Shown here: piece after piece, positions 57,110 to 64,000 of the stretch | Numbering within the stretch: position 1 is the stretch's first letter | How the letters are laid out: each line of letters opens with the position of its first letter | IMG/VR virus record: IMGVR_UViG_3300043425_001539 | Coordinates: 1 to 64,000 of that record | Strand: one strand, 5' to 3' | Length of the DNA: 64,000 nucleotides | Notes under the pieces: model-generated | Databases searched by the model: none | What the model saw: only the letters and a program-made list of their open reading frames with translations | Told to the model about the DNA's origin: nothing | Made by a program: the position numbers and the translations under genes

Positions 57110-58240
57110 TTAATTTGTAATTAAAATGTCATCTTCCAATAAATCTTTTGCCTCTACCCAACCTCTTTGTGTAAATAATTTATGATTAGCTGTGCATTTT
57201 ATTGTTTTATTATTATCTAAATCTTCAATTTCATATACTTCAGCTGAATCATCAGTCATACCAAAATCGGTTATTAATTTCCATTCATTTATGTTAGTAT
57301 CAATATTACGTGATAGCGTATAAATTTGATCTTCTAATTTAAGTATTTCACCAATTTCATCTATTCTTACTTTATGAATTTCATCACTTATTTTAATATC
57401 AATTATCGTATCACCTGTCACACAAATATTAGTCATAAATACTTTTAGACCGTTTTTCTTATATGATTCGGGGTTTTGTTTATTGACATTGCCTTTAAAC
57501 ATAATATAAGGTTCACCGGTCGCTTTTCTTTTTTGCAAAAGTTTGCCCCATTTACGGCGTGCTTCGGTATCACCATCTAATAATTTGCGCATAAATTTAT
57601 CACCAACAACTGCGCATTGATGCATATTTAATGATTGGCGATTAACATCACCTTTAGGTTCTCGTGTTTCCAACCAATCTTCAAAATCTTTATGCTCAAT
57701 ATTAATATTTGTACTTGCTGCGCCTCTTCTTACAGCACCTTGATTGGTTGCAAGAATTGTTGAATCATAAATTTTGCAAAAAGGAACCACTCCATCTGAT
57801 GTTCCATTACCCGTTATTTTTGATCCAGCAGGTCTGATTTGATTAATACCAATACCTACTCCACCTCCATGTTTTGCAAGCAACATTAGTTCCAAATTTT
57901 TAGAACCTATTTCATAAATACTATCGCCAACATCAATCCCAAAACAACTAATAGGTAATCCTCTATCTGTTCCCATATTTGACAAAACTGGTGATGCCAA
58001 GCCTAGCCAGCCTTTCCAAATATAATCAAAAAATTTAGTAGCAAGGTGTGGCTTTCCTAATCTTTTAGCAACAGTGGTAGAAACCCGCCAATAAGCATCT
58101 TTAGGTTTTTCTCCCGCTAAAAGATATCCTTTGGATATTGTGTTAACATAAATTTCTGTTGCGCCCCAATCAGGAATATCAACTCCAAGTTCCCAGCCCA
58201 ACATATCTAATAATTCTTGTACTTTTTCGTTATTCATCAT
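57110..58240 (-). CDS. nrdA: Ribonucleotide reductase alpha N-part (272 aa) plus a 104-aa split-intein N-fragment
   Basis: ASPVLSN, LPISCF, GGGVG, RRGA, TGEPY, MTNI|CVTGDT..CTANH..WVEAKDL...D. Confidence 0.93.
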   Translation of the reverse strand: MMNNEKVQELLDMLGWELGVDIPDWGATEIYVNTISKGYLLAGEKPKDAYWRVSTTVAKRLGKPHLATKFFDYIWKGWLGLASPVLSNMGTDRGLPISCFGIDVGDSIYEIGSKNLELMLLAKHGGGVGIGINQIRPAGSKITGNGTSDGVVPFCKIYDSTILATNQGAVRRGAASTNINIEHKDFEDWLETREPKGDVNRQSLNMHQCAVVGDKFMRKLLDGDTEARRKWGKLLQKRKATGEPYIMFKGNVNKQNPESYKKNGLKVFMTNICVTGDTIIDIKISDEIHKVRIDEIGEILKLEDQIYTLSRNIDTNINEWKLITDFGMTDDSAEVYEIEDLDNNKTIKCTANHKLFTQRGWVEAKDLLEDDILITN

Positions 58241-58256
58241 ATTTTATTTTTTCTTT

Positions 58257-59279
58257 TTAAAACCAATCATCTGCATTCCAATTTTCATTTTCGTTTGCTT
58301 TACTATAATCGGTAGATCTTAAAGCAAAGAAATCCGTCCAAGTAACGCCTCCTGTCAAATGATAAAACCAATCCAAATTAGAGGCTTTTTCTTCGTCAAA
58401 TTCAAAATAATCAGCACTGCCTTTAACAGAATTATATCCCAATTCGTTAAGTTTTTCGTTAACTCTTTTAGTGATAAATTCTTTTAAATCACTTGCCTTA
58501 AGATTTTCCAAATCGCCCATCTCAAAAATTTTATCAATAAATTTATGTTCCAATTCTCTGATTAACTTAGCTGCTTTAAAAACATCTTCTTTAGCTTCGT
58601 CCAATAATTCAGGATATTCTTCACACATATGTCTAAATAATTGACAGCCCATTCTTGAATGTAAAGATTCATCTCTAACACTCCATTTCATTTGCTGTCC
58701 GATTCCTTTTAGCATATCTCCTCTCATTTGGAATGAGTATAAAACCGCAAATGAAGAATATAACGCAACCCCTTCTGCAAAAGCTGAAAAAATAGCTAAA
58801 CTGCGAGCAACTTCAACTCTTGCTTGTGGGTTCGTTGCTAAATCATTAGGAGTCCAATCAGCTGTTGTGCTGGTTAATAATTCAAACCTTTCTTTCATTG
58901 TTTCATCATGTAGAAAGCCTTCAAAATTGTCTAATCCCAATGTTTCATTTAAGTATGAATAAGCTCGGGCATGAATAGTTTCAAAATATCCAAATGCCAT
59001 TGCCATTTCTTTAATTTCATGTTTAGGAAACCACCTAGTTACCATTCCAGTCCAATAATCTGATACCGCGCATTCAGTTTGCGCAAAGCCTAATAGAATA
59101 TTCCCGACTAAATGTTTTTCTTCTTTGGTCAATTTTTCATTCCAATCCTTAATATCTGCGCCCATTGGAATTTCGGTGTGCATCCAAAATGCTTGACTTT
59201 GTGGCATCCAGCCGTTCAAATCATATTCAGGATATTCAAATGGTTTATAAGGAATTCTTTCTGTAAATAGCTTACTCAT
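58257..59279 (-). CDS. nrdB: Ribonucleotide reductase beta subunit, class Ia
   Basis: ETIHARAYS, EG..LYSSF, RDESLH, DFFA. Confidence 0.93.
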   Translation of the reverse strand: MSKLFTERIPYKPFEYPEYDLNGWMPQSQAFWMHTEIPMGADIKDWNEKLTKEEKHLVGNILLGFAQTECAVSDYWTGMVTRWFPKHEIKEMAMAFGYFETIHARAYSYLNETLGLDNFEGFLHDETMKERFELLTSTTADWTPNDLATNPQARVEVARSLAIFSAFAEGVALYSSFAVLYSFQMRGDMLKGIGQQMKWSVRDESLHSRMGCQLFRHMCEEYPELLDEAKEDVFKAAKLIRELEHKFIDKIFEMGDLENLKASDLKEFITKRVNEKLNELGYNSVKGSADYFEFDEEKASNLDWFYHLTGGVTWTDFFALRSTDYSKANENENWNADDWF

Positions 59280-59280
59280 A

Positions 59281-60657
59281 TTATTTTATATATTTTTTAA
59301 GTTGTTCAATTTCATCTTCAATATCCATATATTCTTTTTTTGCCTTTTTTCTTTTACCGTAGTAATTTGCAAGAATCGTTCTAAACACCGAGTCCTCTTC
59401 CTTTTTAAACAAAGCTCCTGACGACGTTTTAATATATTTATCTACGTCAACTTCTTCATTTTTATCGACGTTGTATAGATATGATTCCGGAGATATATTC
59501 CATTGCCTCATTATTGAAGGATAAAGAGACGCAAAGTCAAACGATGCAACCCATTCATATATTCCTGTTTTGGGATCAACGACAAAAGCTCCTTCATAGT
59601 GTTCCTTCTTTTTAGTTATTTTATCCGTTTTAGGAAAAACCTTACCTCTTGACCAATTTTCGCGTGCCATTGCAGCTTCAGCCATCCAAATTGGGGAAAA
59701 TGCCCGATTTGCTTCAACTTGGGTAATATTTCCAAGCAGCAAAAAAGTTTGCATTGTGTTAATTTTTTCATCGATCATTTCAACCAATTTGGTATCAACC
59801 GCATTATAGAAAATATATGTTTCAAAATCATTTTCATACATATCTTGCAAAGTGCCTGGATATTTAATTTTATTTATTCCCAGCGCTGCTTTTGCTACAT
59901 AGTCCAATGTGTTATTTTCTTTGATATCAATAACCCGATCCCATTTTTTATATACATCAAGATAGTCAACAACAAGTCGGTGAACAGGAAACTGTAAATC
60001 ACCTGCTAATTTGTATGTTGGTGAACATGCTGAGATGTCAATGTTTAATCTTTTGCATCGAGTAATTAAATATGTCCAGTCAAAACCAATAAAATTCCAT
60101 CCAGTCAAAAGTGGCATTTTTGGAACTGCTTTCAAGAAAAAAGAAGAAAGCATATCATATTCGGTTTTAAAATATAGATAATTAAAATCTACTTTTTGAT
60201 TGATATGTTCCTCAATTTTTTTCTTGATGTTAAATATTTGTTCAGCAGTTAATTGCTTTGTTCCCATCGAGATTACTTTTTCTTTATGACAAAAGGTAAT
60301 TGCAGTGACAGGAGTTTTTGCCAATTCTGGTTTAGGCCATTCATCGCCTACAAAGACCTCAATATCAATAAAGAATTTTTTGGGAACATTATTTGAATAA
60401 ATGTTTTTGGTGCGTTCTTCAGGTAATGAAAGTAAAAATTCTTCAATTCTCCATTTACTTAAGAATTTAGTTTTTTTCTTCTTTACAGGTTTGCCGTCCC
60501 AGGACATAACTCCTGGGAACGGTTTATCATTTCCTGTGCAATATTCCCATTCAAACATTTCTTCCATTGGAACAGATATCCTATCAAGAGCAACATCACC
60601 ATTTTCATTAAAATAAGAAATTGTAAGTGTTGAATCTTTTTGTTCAATATCAATCAT
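59281..60657 (-). CDS. polB: Family B DNA polymerase, N-terminal subunit (exonuclease plus motif A; gp43A-like)
   Basis: DIE, GWN..GFD, YN..D, YEGAFV, DFASLYPSI...NISPE; ends in the fingers helix. Confidence 0.92.
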   Translation of the reverse strand: MIDIEQKDSTLTISYFNENGDVALDRISVPMEEMFEWEYCTGNDKPFPGVMSWDGKPVKKKKTKFLSKWRIEEFLLSLPEERTKNIYSNNVPKKFFIDIEVFVGDEWPKPELAKTPVTAITFCHKEKVISMGTKQLTAEQIFNIKKKIEEHINQKVDFNYLYFKTEYDMLSSFFLKAVPKMPLLTGWNFIGFDWTYLITRCKRLNIDISACSPTYKLAGDLQFPVHRLVVDYLDVYKKWDRVIDIKENNTLDYVAKAALGINKIKYPGTLQDMYENDFETYIFYNAVDTKLVEMIDEKINTMQTFLLLGNITQVEANRAFSPIWMAEAAMARENWSRGKVFPKTDKITKKKEHYEGAFVVDPKTGIYEWVASFDFASLYPSIMRQWNISPESYLYNVDKNEEVDVDKYIKTSSGALFKKEEDSVFRTILANYYGKRKKAKKEYMDIEDEIEQLKKYIK

Positions 60658-60688
60658 GGTTTATATTTTTAGATGTTAAAATGAAAAA

Positions 60689-61171
60689 TTAGTATCCGTT
60701 TTTTTGCCTTTCGCGATTATGCTCATTTTTGGACATATACATATTATACATTTCCTGCGAAGTCATTCCGATAGAAGCGGCATAATTCATAAAGAAATGC
60801 AACATATCCACAATCTCAAATTTGCATTCCAGTTGGTCATCAATAGACAAATCAGAAAATTTTAAATTGGCATATTTATTGTAATCTTTTTTCCAACGTT
60901 TCCAAACAGCTGACCCACCTGAAGAAACACCGCCCAAAGAATCTGTTGCTTCATGAATTTCATCGATCATTGCGTGATTATTCATGTGCCAAAAATTCAT
61001 TATATCCCTAAGAGACATATTTTCAAAGTCATAACCATAAACATTTTTTTGAGTTTCAGCTTGAAGATTTAAAATATCGCCCAAAGTATCTGTAAATTCG
61101 TTTGATTCAATTGCTTTGGACCAAAGGTCATCAATTTTTAAATGCGAACAAGTATTATCTGTATTTGCCAT
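60689..61171 (-). CDS. Dimeric dUTPase/dCTP pyrophosphatase (T4 gp56/MazG-like fold)
   Basis: EIHE, WKRWK, EIVDMLHFF, Y..KN..N..RQ..GY; middle motif at 61191-61217. Confidence 0.8.
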   Translation of the reverse strand: MANTDNTCSHLKIDDLWSKAIESNEFTDTLGDILNLQAETQKNVYGYDFENMSLRDIMNFWHMNNHAMIDEIHEATDSLGGVSSGGSAVWKRWKKDYNKYANLKFSDLSIDDQLECKFEIVDMLHFFMNYAASIGMTSQEMYNMYMSKNEHNRERQKNGY

Positions 61172-61241
61172 ATTATTATAGTGTTTGTTTTTATATTCAA
61201 TTATTATACTTAGTTCTTTTTTAAGAATAATGTTGGTTTGA

Positions 61242-61267
61242 AAACTTTTTTTTAAATGCGTATATAA
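61242..61267 (+). promoter_or_regulatory. Middle-type promoter AAACT-N14-TATATAA, divergent
   Basis: Same motif on the plus strand, facing a non-coding repeat region. Confidence 0.5.
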
Positions 61268-61325
61268 CCTATACGTTGTTTAGGTTGGTGAGATACTTAT
61301 ACTAAGCTACTTATTACAAGTTAAA

Positions 61326-61373
61326 CTTAAAGAATAACTTAATTAAGATCTTAAAGAAAGACTTAAAGTATTG
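61326..61373. repeat. Four 12-bp phased repeats beginning CTTAA
   Basis: CTTAA at 61326, 61338, 61350 and 61362. Confidence 0.6.
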
Positions 61374-61478
61374 ACATCTTGACATTACCATCTTTATGAT
61401 TTATGTCTTATTGTCATAAAAATAGGATTTGCACAATCTTTGCAGATAATAAATAAAAAAAAACAAATTTTATACATT

Positions 61479-61838
61479 ATGGCACATCATTTTCATTCAA
61501 CCAAACTTTACGATCCGTACTCGCTTTTCAGCGTTTCATCAAACACAACTACTTACCCTTCGCCAAAGGCAATGAAAACTGATGATGGGTGGGTGCAGGA
61601 AATTATTTTACCTGGTTTTACTAAAGAAGAAATTAAAATTACAGTTGAGCAAGATTACTTTGTAGTTGAGGCTGAAACCGAACGCGAATTACCTACAACA
61701 CTTAATCAAAAAGTAACCAAAACATTTTTAGCTGATGACATTGATCCTGAGTCTGTTATCGCTACTTTGGAAAACGGTATTCTTAAAATCATGTTTTCAT
61801 TGACAAAACAGCCAGGAAAAGTAATCACAGTTAGTTAA
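61479..61838 (+). CDS. Small heat-shock protein (Hsp20; ATG at 61479)
   Basis: LPGF.KEEI.I..A.LENGILKI. Confidence 0.88.
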   Translation: MAHHFHSTKLYDPYSLFSVSSNTTTYPSPKAMKTDDGWVQEIILPGFTKEEIKITVEQDYFVVEAETERELPTTLNQKVTKTFLADDIDPESVIATLENGILKIMFSLTKQPGKVITVS

Positions 61839-61857
61839 ACAATTTGTTTTAAAAAGT

Positions 61858-61895
61858 AAAGCCTCGAGAAACTTAAAGTTTCTCGAGGCTTTTTT
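61858..61895. terminator. Bidirectional terminator between convergent genes
   Basis: AAAGCCTCGAGAAACT/AGTTTCTCGAGGCTTT. Confidence 0.85.
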
Positions 61896-61913
61896 ATTGT
61901 TAATCTGATTATT

Positions 61914-63287
61914 TTATAGATATCTTTCAGCCATCCTTGCCCAGTTTTTCATACCCAAGCTCTTGAATCCGGCGGCTTTTACAAAGGTTCTCATTGAAAC
62001 ATCTTTTGCCCGTTTCATAAATTCATATACTTCCAATTTATCTTCAATAGACATATCACGTGGTTCCATGTGTGGGAGTAATAAACGAATTCTTTCCATC
62101 AGAGTTACGTCGTCTGGGTTTACGTCAACCAAAATTGATCTTGAACGAATTGCGCCATCGGGATCCGCTTTATCTTTTGGTAAATTTGATATAAATACAA
62201 CTCGTCCTGCAAACTCAAAATAAGCTGGGATCATACCACCTTCAACAGCATTCCATTCTGCCTCAGGATCATTTTCGTAATCTTTAGGATCAAATACTAT
62301 AGATGATTTTTTAAGATATGAAATTCTTCTAACCTTTTTAGTGTCAAGCGCAGCTTTTAGGATGTTACGTCCTGTTTCGTCTCTAAACACAGAATCACAA
62401 TCATCAAAAACCAAAACTTTATTGCGGTATTGGAACATCTTCTTATACATCATAATTACTGAAACCGCACCGGAAACAATAATGTAATCTTCATCCTCGA
62501 CAAGGCCTTCATCTTTTAATGCACGTTCAACACTGAAAGTTTTACCTGTACCTGCTCTACCAGAAATAAACAATGAATTAAATCCACCTGCAGCAAGTCT
62601 TCGCGTAATTTCGTAAATGTCTTCAAGAGTTTCGTCCAACAGTTTTACTTTATCTTCCAATAGCATTTCATTACGCTTTACCGCTGGAATTTTTTCTGTG
62701 GTTGATGTTACACCCTTTCTTACCTGCAAGATCATTCCGTATGAAATGCCCATACTTTTTGAAATGTCTGCAGCGCTCTCGCCTTGTTCCAATCTTGATT
62801 GGATTTCAGATTGTTCATCAGGTGACAAAGGTTTACGTGCTTCATACAAAGAAGATTCAACCAATTTATCAATTGATTTAGCGTAAGATGGATCATTAAT
62901 CAATCTTACAAATTCACTTAACAGAGAAACGATTGGAAAATTTTCACTTGATACAGAAAAATCTGCAACTCCAGAATTAGGCTTTGAAAGATATTCCAAA
63001 GTACCTATAATTCCTCTGCGTCCGCCACCATAAATTTTTACGCATGACAAATCCTTATCACTAAACAACATAACAACTGGTGTGTTATGATCATCATATC
63101 CAATAAACGGAAACAAAACGAATGCTTTGCCTGTCTTTTTGTTTAAAAAGGATTTTATAATTTCCGATGCTTGATTTAATTTAGGTTCTATATCAGTCTG
63201 AGACCTTCCTAAATTTTCGTTCATGCTATCAGAAGAATGCAAATCTCCGGAAATAAATTCCTCGAATAGTTGAATGTAATTCTTCAT
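61914..63287 (-). CDS. AAA+/P-loop ATPase with a central HTH-like segment
   Basis: GRAGTGKT, VLVFDDCD, FISN, AIRSR; late motif at 63305-63317. Confidence 0.75.
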   Translation of the reverse strand: MKNYIQLFEEFISGDLHSSDSMNENLGRSQTDIEPKLNQASEIIKSFLNKKTGKAFVLFPFIGYDDHNTPVVMLFSDKDLSCVKIYGGGRRGIIGTLEYLSKPNSGVADFSVSSENFPIVSLLSEFVRLINDPSYAKSIDKLVESSLYEARKPLSPDEQSEIQSRLEQGESAADISKSMGISYGMILQVRKGVTSTTEKIPAVKRNEMLLEDKVKLLDETLEDIYEITRRLAAGGFNSLFISGRAGTGKTFSVERALKDEGLVEDEDYIIVSGAVSVIMMYKKMFQYRNKVLVFDDCDSVFRDETGRNILKAALDTKKVRRISYLKKSSIVFDPKDYENDPEAEWNAVEGGMIPAYFEFAGRVVFISNLPKDKADPDGAIRSRSILVDVNPDDVTLMERIRLLLPHMEPRDMSIEDKLEVYEFMKRAKDVSMRTFVKAAGFKSLGMKNWARMAERYL

Positions 63288-63335
63288 TTAATTTTTTTTT
63301 ATTTTTATTATATATTTTGATTAAAATTTATTTTT

Positions 63336-63659
63336 TTATTTTTTTGGCTTAAACCCCGCGTCTCTTGCCTCTTTTGCTAAATCAGCATCAGCTTTACCCC
63401 AGGTACCTTCACCGCCAGTTAAAAAACTGTTTACTCGTGCATAACCCCATTGCTCCTGTCCTGCTCCAGGTCTATGCCCGCTTTTCCATGCTGCCATGCC
63501 TCTTCGCATAACTGCTCGAATTATTCCGATAGGAGCGCCTGATTCTTCGCTTTTCTTTTTGAGCGCTTTTTCGATATCGGGATTATCAATAGGACTTCTG
63601 TCAGTTGATTGTTGCTTTTCTTCAAGCAGCCAAGATTCATATGTTTTTGTGTATTCCAA
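63336..63659 (-). CDS. Conserved viral hypothetical protein (DUF5824-like)
   Basis: RRGMAAWKSGHRPG...QWGYARVNSF. Confidence 0.6.
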   Translation of the reverse strand: MEYTKTYESWLLEEKQQSTDRSPIDNPDIEKALKKKSEESGAPIGIIRAVMRRGMAAWKSGHRPGAGQEQWGYARVNSFLTGGEGTWGKADADLAKEARDAGFKPKK

Positions 63660-63673
63660 AACAATTATAATTT

Positions 63674-64000
63674 TTATTTGAATTTATGAATTAATCCTAG
63701 AACACCCGAAACGTAATTTGCAGTATCTCTTATTAATTCCTTTTCATCTTCTGTAAATTCGTGAATATCTTTGACAAATTCAACTCCCATTGCCCCGTGT
63801 AATTTGCCAGTTGGGGTTTTTAAAGAAACTATAAATAAAGATTGACAACCCGTTGACTCAGCTGTATCTCTTAATCCAAAGGATTTTTGATTTTCGTCGC
63901 TTATGTCATTTATACATAATTCCTCATTATCATGAATTTCTTTAAGTGCTCGACTAAAAAAACTTGTTGGCACATTTTGAAATTTATCTCTAATAGTAGA
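63674..64000 (-). CDS. GAF-like domain protein; 5' end lies outside the window
   Basis: Frame is open to the edge (STIRDKFQNVPTS..); SLFIVSLKTPTGKLHGAMGVEF..FTEDE. Confidence 0.6.
   Translation of the reverse strand, partial: STIRDKFQNVPTSFFSRALKEIHDNEELCINDISDENQKSFGLRDTAESTGCQSLFIVSLKTPTGKLHGAMGVEFVKDIHEFTEDEKELIRDTANYVSGVLGLIHKFK

Noticed and set aside
59281-59400. Split intein joining the two PolB subunits
   Set aside because: No Cys-start block A at the end of the N-subunit and no HN|C/S/T at the start of the C-subunit.
1-64000. tRNA, rRNA, CRISPR arrays, DGR/retron or integrase
   Set aside because: None recognised by eye and intergenic gaps are short; tRNAscan/Infernal were not run, so small RNAs are not excluded.

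Overview
A 64-kb AT-rich segment of a large T4-like myophage (jumbo-phage style), almost all coded on the minus strand. TAnnTTTG promoters and A-rich, Shine-Dalgarno-poor starts point to a Bacteroidota host (inference). Virion genes (tape measure, tube, oversized sheath, terminase, portal, neck, tail terminator) are interleaved with replication, recombination and nucleotide genes (clamp and loader, RNase H, gp46/47, gp41, UvsX, two-piece PolB, topoisomerase II, NAD ligase, NrdAB, dCMP deaminase, dUTPase). The most striking system is a set of fractured genes. UvsX/RecA is encoded in three pieces joined by two different split inteins. gp46/SbcC and NrdA are each in two pieces. That makes four split inteins, two of them atypically split with 26-aa and 31-aa N-fragments. 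Each pair of halves flanks a free-standing homing endonuclease gene (HEG), and two of these HEGs have a hairpin that buries their AUG around a late promoter. A fifth HEG has invaded the PolB C-subunit gene and left a 39-aa duplicate of its 5' end. Three promoter classes suggest a cascade of host sigma, then phage ECF sigma, then gp55. There are also two candidate programmed frameshifts and a family of proteins with a T4-like capsid-targeting N-terminus. All family calls come from motif recognition by eye; no searches were run.
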